Shown: positions 49,650 through 59,064 of the stretch, one piece after another
Layout: every line of letters starts with the position of its first letter
Numbering within the stretch: the stretch's first letter is position 1
From: Escherichia coli
GTDB lineage: Bacteria; Pseudomonadota; Gammaproteobacteria; Enterobacterales; Enterobacteriaceae
Assembly: GCF_022846255.1 (NCBI RefSeq)
Contig: NZ_AP025682.1
Direction: 5' to 3' (one strand)
DNA length: 64,000 nucleotides
The notes under the pieces: model-generated
What the model was told of the DNA's origin: nothing
Seen by the model: the letters and a program-made list of their open reading frames with translations, nothing else
The model's database searches: none
Position numbers and translations under genes: made by a program

Positions 49650-50204
49650 TTACGACTTCGTGACATATCCGTGCTCATCACAAACCCGCCCCGCGATTAC
49701 AATTAACTGAAATATTTCATCGACCATTTCGTTGTAATCGCATAACGCTCGTGGAAATGAGTCTTCGGCCATCCAGCTTGAGTTTGCGTCCTGAAGTTGC
49801 TCTTTATCCCAGTCAGAGTACGGGACTTTATCTCTGATGCGGCGAACGTATTTTTTAGCCTCGAGTTGATACTGGCCTGCCGAATTAATAAACGAGAAAC
49901 TCATGCCGCTTTTATCCGCTTCTTTGGCTTGCGCCACCAGCGTTTCCAGTTCAGACACTTTCTTCATTGCCGCTTCTGCATCTAACTTATCTTGCGATAT
50001 CAGGTTATTAATTTGTTTCGCTGAAATCATGACTGCCAGAGAGTAGTAGTGGAATGTTTTCCCTTTCGCAAACGCATCGTCTTTATAATTTTCCTGGGTG
50101 TAATATTTATCCATTTCGTTAATGGTATTACCCAACGCTACGGCAGCATCAATATAACTCACCGCCACGCCATCAATAGGTTGCAGCGCAGGCGTTAACG
50201 CCAC
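49650..50204 (-). CDS. hypothetical protein, possibly a gene remnant (GTG start, no SD, no signal peptide)
   Basis: 184-aa ORF starting 88 bp downstream of fdhD; sits where K-12 has yiiG. Confidence 0.3.
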   Translation of the reverse strand: MALTPALQPIDGVAVSYIDAAVALGNTINEMDKYYTQENYKDDAFAKGKTFHYYSLAVMISAKQINNLISQDKLDAEAAMKKVSELETLVAQAKEADKSGMSFSFINSAGQYQLEAKKYVRRIRDKVPYSDWDKEQLQDANSSWMAEDSFPRALCDYNEMVDEIFQLIVIAGRVCDEHGYVTKS

Positions 50205-50291
50205 TACACGCGTTTTGTTTATGAGAAAATAACAAAATTCACGAAATGAATAAGTCCTGTAATTTAATATATATCGCAGGACTTATTTTAA

Positions 50292-51125
50292 TTAATTGCT
50301 CAAACGCTGCGGATGGGTATAAACCGTTGCCCGACCCGGTTTACAAAAGCCCACCAGCGTCAGATTACAGCGCTCAGCCACTTCTACAGCAAGTGTGGTC
50401 GCGGCAGACACCGCAAACAAAATCTCTACGCCGCACATCGCCGACTTTTGCACCATTTCATAACTGGCACGGCTGGAAACCAGCACCGCACCTTGCTGCC
50501 AGCTTTCCCCTTCTTGTGACCGGCGGCCTAACAGTTTGTCCAGCGCCACATGGCGACCCACGTCTTCATGCCCGCCGACCAGTTCGCCAGATGGCAACAT
50601 CCATGCAGCGGCGTGAGTACAACCAGTCAGTTGCCCCACTGGCTGGAAATCATTGAGATGACGTAATGCATCATCCAGTTTGTTGAGATCAAACATCTGG
50701 GTGAACGGCAGCGGCTGCACCGGTTTACCGATATCGTTAAGCTGTTCTACACCGCATACGCCACAGCCCGTACGTCCCGCCAGCGCCCGGCGGCGCTCCT
50801 TCAACCCCATAAAGCGGCGGCTGGAAAGCTCAATTTGTACTTCCAGGCCATTACAGGAAGGAACGACATCCATGCCGAAGATATCGCGCGGGCTTTCGAT
50901 AATTCCTTCGGAAAGCGAAAAACCGAGCGCAAAGTACTCAAGGTCTTTGGGCGACGCCATCATCACCACATGCGAAATACCGTTGTAGACCAGCGCAACG
51001 GGAACTTCTTCCGCCACCTCATCTAACCGTGGGTGTTGTAAATCATCACGCCGCCATAACTCAATTTGACGAACACCTGTGATATTTGTCACATTTTCGA
51101 TTTCTTTTTGCTGTGTTTTTTTCAC
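50292..51125 (-). CDS. fdhD: sulfurtransferase / formate dehydrogenase accessory protein FdhD
   Basis: 277 aa, [28 protein letters not shown]; divergent from fdoG. Confidence 0.95.
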   Translation of the reverse strand: MKKTQQKEIENVTNITGVRQIELWRRDDLQHPRLDEVAEEVPVALVYNGISHVVMMASPKDLEYFALGFSLSEGIIESPRDIFGMDVVPSCNGLEVQIELSSRRFMGLKERRRALAGRTGCGVCGVEQLNDIGKPVQPLPFTQMFDLNKLDDALRHLNDFQPVGQLTGCTHAAAWMLPSGELVGGHEDVGRHVALDKLLGRRSQEGESWQQGAVLVSSRASYEMVQKSAMCGVEILFAVSAATTLAVEVAERCNLTLVGFCKPGRATVYTHPQRLSN

Positions 51126-51318
51126 TTTCTCTTAACCAGATAAGAACACACACACCAACATTATGGTATTCTGTTACAAACCCTTCCTGGATGGAGGGAA
51201 ATTGAGCCAATTCTGGACCTTTGCGGCCCCTTCCGCAAAGAAAAATAACTCCCACTCCCTGCACACTCAGCAAGCGAATGTAAATGGGACGTGACAATGT
51301 CGAAACAAGGAGCAATCC

Positions 51319-54300
51319 ATGCAGGTCAGCAGAAGGCAGTTCTTTAAGATCTGCGCTGGCGGTATGGCAGGCACCACGGCGGCGGCACTGGGTTTTGCAC
51401 CCAGCGTAGCACTCGCGGAAACCCGGCAGTATAAACTGCTGCGCACCCGCGAAACCCGTAATACCTGCACCTATTGTTCCGTAGGCTGTGGGCTGTTGAT
51501 GTACAGCCTCGGTGACGGAGCAAAAAACGCCAAAGCATCTATCTTCCATATCGAAGGTGACCCGGATCACCCGGTCAACCGCGGAGCACTTTGTCCGAAA
51601 GGCGCTGGCCTGGTGGATTTCATCCACTCCGAAAGCCGTCTGAAGTTTCCGGAATACCGTGCGCCAGGTTCTGATAAATGGCAGCAAATCAGTTGGGAAG
51701 AGGCGTTTGATCGCATCGCCAAACTGATGAAAGAAGACCGCGATGCAAACTACATTGCGCAAAACGCCGAAGGCGTGACTGTTAACCGCTGGCTCTCCAC
51801 CGGGATGCTGTGTGCTTCCGCGTCGAGTAACGAAACCGGCTATTTAACGCAAAAATTCTCCCGCGCGCTGGGTATGCTCGCGGTCGACAACCAGGCGCGT
51901 GTCTGACACGGACCAACGGTAGCAAGTCTTGCTCCAACATTTGGTCGCGGTGCGATGACCAACCACTGGGTCGACATCAAGAATGCCAACCTCGTCGTGG
52001 TGATGGGCGGTAACGCCGCTGAAGCTCACCCGGTCGGGTTCCGCTGGGCGATGGAAGCCAAAATTCACAACGGCGCGAAGCTGATTGTGATCGATCCTCG
52101 CTTTACGCGTACGGCGGCGGTGGCTGACTACTATGCCCCTATCCGTTCCGGTACTGACATTGCTTTCCTGTCAGGCGTATTGCTGTACCTGCTGAACAAT
52201 GAAAAATTCAACCGCGAATACACCGAAGCCTATACCAACGCCAGCCTGATCGTGCGTGAGGATTACGGCTTTGAAGATGGCCTGTTCACCGGCTACGACG
52301 CGGAAAAACGCAAGTACGATAAGTCCACCTGGACTTACGAACTGGACGAAAACGGCTTCGCCAAACGCGATACTACCCTGCAACATCCACGTTGCGTGTG
52401 GAACTTGCTGAAACAGCACGTTTCCCGCTACACGCCAGATGTGGTTGAAAACATCTGTGGTACGCCAAAAGACGCATTCCTGAAAGTCTGCGAATACATC
52501 GCCGAAACCAGTGCTCACGATAAAACAGCGTCGTTCCTCTACGCCCTCGGCTGGACGCAACACTCCATCGGTGCGCAGAACATCCGTACGATGGCGATGA
52601 TCCAGTTGCTGCTCGGCAATATGGGGATGGCTGGCGGCGGCGTTAACGCCCTGCGCGGTCACTCCAATATTCAGGGGCTGACCGACCTGGGGCTGCTGTC
52701 GCAGAGTCTGCCAGGTTACATGACGTTGCCAAGCGAGAAGCAGACCGATCTGCAAACTTACCTCGCTGCCAACACGCCAAAACCACTGCTGGAAGGCCAG
52801 GTCAACTACTGGGGCAACTACCCGAAATTCTTCGTCTCAATGATGAAGGCATTCTTTGGTGATAAAGCGACGGCGGAAAATAGCTGGGGCTTTGACTGGT
52901 TGCCGAAGTGGGATAAAGGCTACGACGTCCTGCAATACTTCGAGATGATGAAAGAGGGCAAGGTCAATGGCTATATCTGCCAGGGCTTTAACCCTGTTGC
53001 CTCATTCCCGAACAAAAACAAAGTGATCGGCTGTCTGTCGAAGCTGAAATTCCTCGTAACTATCGACCCGCTGAACACTGAAACCTCTAACTTCTGGCAG
53101 AACCACGGTGAGCTGAACGAAGTTGACTCGTCGAAGATCCAGACCGAAGTGTTCCGTCTGCCATCGACCTGCTTCGCGGAAGAGAACGGTTCAATCGTTA
53201 ACTCTGGTCGCTGGTTGCAATGGCACTGGAAAGGTGCGGACGCCCCGGGGATTGCGCTGACTGATGGCGAGATCCTCTCCGGTATCTTCCTGCGCTTGCG
53301 CAAGATGTATGCCGAACAGGGTGGTGCGAACCCGGACCAGGTGCTGAACATGACCTGGAACTACGCCATTCCGCATGAGCCATCTTCAGAAGAAGTGGCA
53401 ATGGAGAGCAACGGCAAAGCGCTGGCCGATATTACCGACCCGGCAACCGGTGCGGTTATCGTCAAGAAAGGCCAACAACTTAGCTCGTTCGCCCAACTGC
53501 GCGATGACGGTACAACCTCCTGTGGCTGCTGGATTTTCGCCGGTAGCTGGACGCCGGAAGGCAACCAGATGGCGCGTCGTGATAACGCCGATCCGTCTGG
53601 CCTCGGTAACACGCTGGGCTGGGCATGGGCATGGCCGCTTAACCGCCGCATTCTGTATAACCGCGCCTCCGCAGATCCGCAGGGTAACCCATGGGATCCG
53701 AAGCGTCAGTTGCTGAAATGGGACGGCACTAAGTGGACCGGCTGGGATATTCCGGATTACAGCGCAGCGCCTCCGGGCAGCGGCGTAGGGCCGTTTATCA
53801 TGCAGCAGGAAGGCATGGGACGTCTGTTTGCCCTCGATAAGATGGCGGAAGGTCCGTTCCCGGAACACTACGAGCCGTTTGAAACGCCGCTGGGAACTAA
53901 CCCGCTGCATCCAAACGTTATCTCGAACCCGGCGGCGCGTATCTTTAAAGACGACGCCGAAGCATTGGGTAAAGCCGATAAGTTCCCGTATGTCGGAACC
54001 ACCTATCGTCTGACCGAGCACTTCCACTACTGGACCAAACACGCGCTGTTGAATGCGATTTTGCAACCAGAGCAGTTTGTGGAAATCGGGGAGTCGCTGG
54101 CGAATAAACTTGGCATTGCCCAGGGCGATACTGTGAAAGTCTCCTCCAACCGTGGCTATATCAAAGCCAAAGCGGTAGTGACCAAACGTATTCGCACGCT
54201 GAAAGCAAACGGCAAAGATATCGATACCATCGGTATTCCGATTCACTGGGGCTATGAAGGTGTTGCGAAAAAAGGCTTTATTGCCAATACGTTGACGCCA

Positions 54301-54369
54301 TTCGTCGGTGATGCGAACACGCAGACGCCGGAGTTTAAGTCCTTCCTTGTGAATGTGGAAAAGGTGTAA
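51319..54369 (+). CDS. fdoG: formate dehydrogenase-O major subunit; selenoprotein with in-frame UGA (Sec) at 51904-51906; Tat signal
   Basis: the two ORF-track pieces are in the same frame and separated only by TGA; RRQFFK Tat motif; 1016 aa if the UGA is read through. Confidence 0.95.
51907..51950 (+). other. candidate bacterial SECIS stem-loop directing Sec insertion at the fdoG UGA
   Basis: hairpin-forming sequence immediately 3' of the UGA (gcaagtcttgct core). Confidence 0.6.
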
Positions 54370-54381
54370 CGGAGACGACAT

Positions 54382-55284
54382 ATGGCTTATCAATCGCAAG
54401 ATATCATTCGTCGTTCCGCGACTAACGGTCTGACCCCCGCGCCTCAGGCGCGGGACTTCCAGGAAGAAGTGGCGAAACTCATCGACGTTACCACCTGTAT
54501 CGGCTGTAAAGCCTGTCAGGTGGCGTGTTCAGAGTGGAACGACATTCGCGATACCGTCGGCAATAACATTGGGGTGTACGACAACCCCAATGATTTAAGT
54601 GCCAAATCGTGGACGGTGATGCGATTCTCGGAAGTGGAGCAGAACGACAAACTGGAATGGCTGATCCGCAAAGACGGCTGTATGCACTGTTCCGATCCAG
54701 GCTGCCTGAAAGCGTGCCCGGCGGAAGGGGCAATTATTCAGTATGCCAACGGTATCGTCGACTTCCAGTCCGAGCAGTGCATCGGCTGCGGTTATTGCAT
54801 TGCGGGCTGTCCGTTCGACATTCCGCGCCTCAACCCGGAAGACAACCGCGTCTACAAATGTACGTTGTGCGTTGACCGCGTGGTGGTTGGGCAAGAACCG
54901 GCCTGCGTGAAGACCTGCCCAACGGGCGCGATTCACTTCGGTACGAAAGAGTCGATGAAAACGCTGGCGAGCGAGCGCGTGGCGGAGCTGAAAACCCGTG
55001 GTTACGACAATGCGGGTTTGTACGACCCGGCAGGCGTCGGTGGTACACATGTTATGTACGTGCTGCACCATGCTGACAAGCCAAATCTGTATCATGGCTT
55101 GCCGGAGAACCCGGAAATCAGCGAAACCGTGAAATTCTGGAAAGGCATCTGGAAACCGCTCGCAGCTGTTGGCTTTGCGGCTACCTTCGCAGCCAGTATC
55201 TTCCACTACGTGGGTGTCGGTCCGAACCGTGCGGATGAGGAAGAGAATAATCTGCACGAAGAGAAAGACGAGGAGCGCAAATGA
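54382..55284 (+). CDS. fdoH: formate dehydrogenase-O iron-sulfur subunit
   Basis: 300 aa, four ferredoxin-type Cys clusters, C-terminal TM. Confidence 0.95.
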
Positions 55285-55916
55285 AACGACGTGACACCAT
55301 CGTGCGCTACACCGCGCCGGAACGTATCAACCACTGGATCACCGCCTTCTGCTTCATCCTGGCGGCGGTGAGCGGGCTGGGCTTTTTGTTCCCGTCCTTC
55401 AACTGGTTGATGCAAATCATGGGCACACCGCAGCTGGCGCGCATTCTGCACCCGTTTGTCGGCGTGGTTATGTTTGCCTCGTTCATCATCATGTTTTTCC
55501 GTTACTGGCATCACAACCTAATCAATCGGGATGATATCTTTTGGGCGAAGAATATTCGTAAGATCGTCGTCAACGAGGAAGTAGGTGACACCGGGCGTTA
55601 TAACTTCGGTCAGAAATGCGTTTTCTGGGCGGCGATTATTTTCCTGGTTCTGCTGCTGGTGAGCGGCGTGATTATCTGGCGTCCTTATTTTGCGCCTGCT
55701 TTCTCAATCCCGGTGATCCGATTCGCGTTAATGCTGCATTCATTTGCCGCAGTGGCGTTAATTGTGGTTATCATGGTGCATATCTACGCCGCCCTTTGGG
55801 TGAAAGGCACGATTACCGCCATGGTGGAAGGATGGGTGACCAGCGCCTGGGCGAAGAAACATCACCCGCGCTGGTACCGTGAGGTCCGCAAGACAACGGA
55901 AAAGAAAGCTGAATGA
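55281..55916 (+). CDS. fdoI: formate dehydrogenase-O cytochrome b556 subunit
   Basis: 211 aa, four TM helices. Confidence 0.95.
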
Positions 55917-56842
55917 GTATTCGCATAATCCCGCAAGATGAGCTGGGTTCGAGCGAGAAACGTACGGCGGATATGATTCCGCCGTTATTGTTCCCTCGGC
56001 TCAAGAATTTATACAACCGCCGCGCCGAGCGTCTGCGCGAGCTGGCAGAAAATAATCCGCTGGGTGATTACCTGCGCTTTGCTGCGCTTATCGCCCACGC
56101 CCAGGAAGTGGTGCTGTACGACCATCCGCTGGAAATGGATTTGACCGCACGCATTAAAGAAGCCAGCGCACAAGGCAAGCCCCCGCTGGATATTCACGTT
56201 CTGCCGCGTGATAAGCACTGGCAAAAGCTGCTGATGGCGCTGATTGCTGAGCTGAAACCTGAAATGAGCGGCCCGGCGCTGGCAGTGATTGAGAATCTGG
56301 AGAAGGCATCGACTCAGGAGCTGGAAGATATGGCCAGCGCACTGTTTGCCTCTGATTTCTCGTCCGTCAGCAGCGATAAAGCGCCGTTTATCTGGGCTGC
56401 GCTGTCGCTCTATTGGGCGCAGATGGCTAATCTGATCCCCGGCAAAGCCCGCGCTGAATACGGCGAACAACGTCAATATTGCCCGGTATGTGGCTCTATG
56501 CCGGTGTCCAGCATGGTGCAAATTGGCACCACTCAGGGTCTGCGTTACCTGCACTGCAACCTGTGTGAAACTGAATGGCACGTAGTGCGCGTAAAATGCA
56601 GCAACTGTGAACAGAGCGGCAAACTGCATTACTGGTCGCTGGATGACGAACAGGCCGCGATTAAAGCCGAAAGCTGCGATGACTGCGGCACTTACCTGAA
56701 GATTCTTTATCAGGAAAAAGAACCGAAAGTTGAAGCCGTGGCAGATGACCTCGCCTCTCTGGTACTGGACGCGCGAATGGAGCAAGAAGGCTATGCCCGT
56801 AGTTCCATTAACCCGTTCCTGTTTCCGGGTGAAGGGGAGTAA
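55913..56842 (+). CDS. fdhE: formate dehydrogenase formation protein FdhE
   Basis: 309 aa, paired CxxC motifs. Confidence 0.95.
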   Translation: MSIRIIPQDELGSSEKRTADMIPPLLFPRLKNLYNRRAERLRELAENNPLGDYLRFAALIAHAQEVVLYDHPLEMDLTARIKEASAQGKPPLDIHVLPRDKHWQKLLMALIAELKPEMSGPALAVIENLEKASTQELEDMASALFASDFSSVSSDKAPFIWAALSLYWAQMANLIPGKARAEYGEQRQYCPVCGSMPVSSMVQIGTTQGLRYLHCNLCETEWHVVRVKCSNCEQSGKLHYWSLDDEQAAIKAESCDDCGTYLKILYQEKEPKVEAVADDLASLVLDARMEQEGYARSSINPFLFPGEGE

Positions 56843-56934
56843 TCTCTGACGTTTTCCGGGTGGCGCTGGTCGCCCGGATTACAGCTCATAGGGTGTGACG
56901 ACACCTGCTATTCCCGCAAAATCTCTCGTATTTC

Positions 56935-56974
56935 GCGAGGCGTTTTCCAGATATGATGTAACAGTTGCAGTTAT
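56935..56974. repeat. repeat copy A: GCGAGGCGTTTTCCAGAT plus TGTAACAGTTGCAGTTAT
   Basis: first segment recurs at 59036-59053 (one mismatch); second segment recurs at 57397-57414 (one mismatch). Confidence 0.7.
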
Positions 56975-57057
56975 TATAAGTTCAAGTAAAACAGCCTTGT
57001 ATTAATACCAGAATAAGGGCATCTGGTTTTTTATATTCATGAATAAAAAAACTTTTG

Positions 57058-57276
57058 TCATTCCTTATGCTGCTTACATAGTTCTTCAACACCAACTGCC
57101 TCGTCCCTTTGCCTGCCGCCTTTTGCCTTACGCACCGGAAATTGCTGCCGCTCCAGATATTGCTCTACCGCTTCGCGTAAAATTGCAGAGCGCGAAACCT
57201 TACGCCATCCCCGAAGCTTGTTCAGCCGTTTAATTGCCTCTTCTGATAAATGAAGAAAAACCGTATTCATCGCCAT
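57058..57276 (-). CDS. ribbon-helix-helix (CopG-like) putative transcriptional regulator, YiiE/YiiF-like
   Basis: 72 aa from MAMNTVFLHLSEEAIKRLNKL; SD AAGGTGG upstream. Confidence 0.7.
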   Translation of the reverse strand: MAMNTVFLHLSEEAIKRLNKLRGWRKVSRSAILREAVEQYLERQQFPVRKAKGGRQRDEAVGVEELCKQHKE

Positions 57277-57374
57277 TACCACCACCTTACATATATTACT
57301 CATTAATGTATGTGCGAAAATTACGCCGGAAAGTTAATTAACGAAAGCGGATTTTTTCATATTGTTTTGTTTTT

Positions 57375-57414
57375 GCGAGACGGCATCCAAAGATAATGTA
57401 ACAGTTTCAGTTAT
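57375..57414. repeat. repeat copy B: GCGAGACGGCATCCAAAGAT plus TGTAACAGTTTCAGTTAT, upstream of the RHH gene
   Basis: contains tandem CAGTT pentamers; candidate operator. Confidence 0.6.
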
Positions 57415-57502
57415 TTCAATTGTTACTCAAAAATGGTTTATTACTTTTAATTAAGCGGGGGCACATCTACAGGAAAGAAACAACAAATAATAAGGATGAA
57501 TT

Positions 57503-57619
57503 ATGGATGCTATAAATATTTTATATTCAAGAATATTTTTTGATTGGGTCTTCATTTGCTTCATCAGGATGGTGTACCCGAAAAAGTCAGCAGCTTTACC
57601 GCACCAGGGTTTAAGGTGA
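57503..57619 (+). CDS. candidate small hydrophobic protein (38 aa), unannotated-type sORF
   Basis: SD TAAGGA 7 nt upstream of ATG; MDAINILYSRIFFDWVFICFIRMVYPKKSAALPHQGLR; stem-loop at 57637-57663 downstream. Confidence 0.3.
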   Translation: MDAINILYSRIFFDWVFICFIRMVYPKKSAALPHQGLR

Positions 57620-57671
57620 AATCTACCATTCATAACGACCGGTCAGTGCCGCACCAACCGGTCTTTAATTG

Positions 57672-57950
57672 TTAGTAGTAGTAAATTTGTGGATAACAGT
57701 CCGGGAACCAGACGATTCCTTCCGGATCATCCCCCTGCATTACCCGATGACATTGGCGTCGATCATCTGCGCGACGGCGAAGCGTAGTATAGAGCCGCTT
57801 CCATTCATGATCGCCCGGTGTACTGTAGTTTACCCAACAATCCATTGAAGGGTGACGCCATTTACCTGTAAGTGTTGGGATCCCTGAATGCTTATGCGGC
57901 TTCGCTTTACCATTACGATCCCTATCTTTACGCGTATTAAACGTGGACAT
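57672..57950 (-). CDS. hypothetical basic Cys/Trp-rich small protein (92 aa)
   Basis: strong SD AGGAGA 7 nt upstream of ATG. Confidence 0.45.
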   Translation of the reverse strand: MSTFNTRKDRDRNGKAKPHKHSGIPTLTGKWRHPSMDCWVNYSTPGDHEWKRLYTTLRRRADDRRQCHRVMQGDDPEGIVWFPDCYPQIYYY

Positions 57951-58011
57951 TTTTAGTCTCCTGTTAAGAGTTCTAAAAATGTGCTTCCTTAAAATAGTTC
58001 ATCATTTTCCC

Positions 58012-58224
58012 TTAATTCGCATAGCGTGCTTTTGCACGAATTTCCGATACGCGGGGACCATTATGATAGCGTCGATGCCCACACATCCAACAAGAACAAA
58101 TACAGGGAGTACGAAAGCAAATACCTGATGCTTTTTTGCTTCCATCGCCTGCAGTGCGATAACGACAGCGGATTTTTTTTAATCGCACCATATGATGGCG
58201 ACGTTCAGCACGATTACGGGTCAT
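58012..58224 (-). CDS. hypothetical Arg- and Cys-rich small protein (70 aa), possible zinc-binding
   Basis: strong SD AGGAG 7 nt upstream of ATG; cluster CFRTPCICSCWMCGH. Confidence 0.4.
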   Translation of the reverse strand: MTRNRAERRHHMVRLKKIRCRYRTAGDGSKKASGICFRTPCICSCWMCGHRRYHNGPRVSEIRAKARYAN

Positions 58225-58308
58225 AGCAAAACTCCTGAGCAGGCGGCACTATGCCGCTTTCATAGGAGTTCTGAATGCTGGTGCTTTCTGTATGGCATAA
58301 CCATGCCT

Positions 58309-58599
58309 CTAACGGTTAAGTGCTTGCAGCACATGTTGCGGATCATTGGCAATCGCTCGCAGCAAAGCCTTTGCAGGCCCGGTCGGTGAACGTCGCCCCT
58401 GCTCCCAGTTACGCAACGTGTCTACGCTTACGGAAATAAGATCGGCAAATTTAGATTGTGACAACCCTGAAGCGCGGCGTATTTCTTTGATTTTCATAGC
58501 ATCAACTTCAAAAGTCCGTGAAGGCTGTCGCGTTCCTTCAATAATTTCATTCATCTGGGCCATGCTGTGAGTCAACCGCTCAAAAAGTGCCTTATCCAT
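58309..58599 (-). CDS. XRE-family HTH antitoxin (HigA-like)
   Basis: 96 aa; HTH IRRASGLSQSKFADLISVSVDTLRNWEQGRR; start abuts toxin stop. Confidence 0.7.
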   Translation of the reverse strand: MDKALFERLTHSMAQMNEIIEGTRQPSRTFEVDAMKIKEIRRASGLSQSKFADLISVSVDTLRNWEQGRRSPTGPAKALLRAIANDPQHVLQALNR

Positions 58600-58911
58600 T
58601 TACCACCTCGTATTTAACAACCGGAGCATTGCTTTTTCCTGGGGAGACAGATCATCTTTAATACCCTTACGATAAATAAGCAGTAATCTGATCTCATAAT
58701 GTTTAACCTGATGAAAGTAAATAACCCTGACACCAGCACGTTTCCCCTTTCCTCCTGAGACCCATCGAACCTTTCTTAACCCACCAGTTTCAGGTATTAC
58801 CTCACCATAGTCAGGATTCAAGGCCAGGAAAAACTGAAAACGACTGAATTCATCGTCGTTCAGCAGTTTTTGAACATCTTCAGTAAAAATTTCCGTTTCG
58901 ATGAAGAGCAT
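58600..58911 (-). CDS. RelE/ParE-superfamily toxin (HigB-like, toxin-first operon)
   Basis: 103 aa; small basic protein immediately upstream of the HTH antitoxin. Confidence 0.6.
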   Translation of the reverse strand: MLFIETEIFTEDVQKLLNDDEFSRFQFFLALNPDYGEVIPETGGLRKVRWVSGGKGKRAGVRVIYFHQVKHYEIRLLLIYRKGIKDDLSPQEKAMLRLLNTRW

Positions 58912-58948
58912 AATTATACGCCATTGGCTTAGAGTAACAATCCTTTTT

Positions 58949-58965
58949 GTACGTCATTGACGTAC
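58949..58965. promoter_or_regulatory. perfect palindrome GTACGTCA-t-TGACGTAC upstream of toxin gene; candidate TA operator
   Basis: 8-bp arms; adjacent to TTGTTA-16-TATAAT promoter-like hexamers. Confidence 0.5.
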
Positions 58966-59035
58966 CATTGAAACCACTAGCTTACTGATAGTGCTCCAGC
59001 AAAACCACGTCTCTGCCGGGTTTGTCTTTACATTT

Positions 59036-59053
59036 GCGAGGCGCTTTCCAGAT
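59036..59053. repeat. repeat copy C: GCGAGGCGCTTTCCAGAT, 11 bp upstream of esterase start
   Basis: 17 of 18 identical to 56935-56952. Confidence 0.7.
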
Positions 59054-59064
59054 TTTTCACGCCC

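Noticed and set aside
51319-54369. fdoG as a frameshifted or nonsense pseudogene (two ORF pieces)
   Set aside because: The single in-frame TGA is the known selenocysteine codon, with a downstream hairpin and the same reading frame on both sides.
57039-57233. 64-aa plus-strand ORF
   Set aside because: It is antisense to the RHH regulator gene, which has a convincing RHH fold pattern and SD; the plus-strand ORF has no SD.
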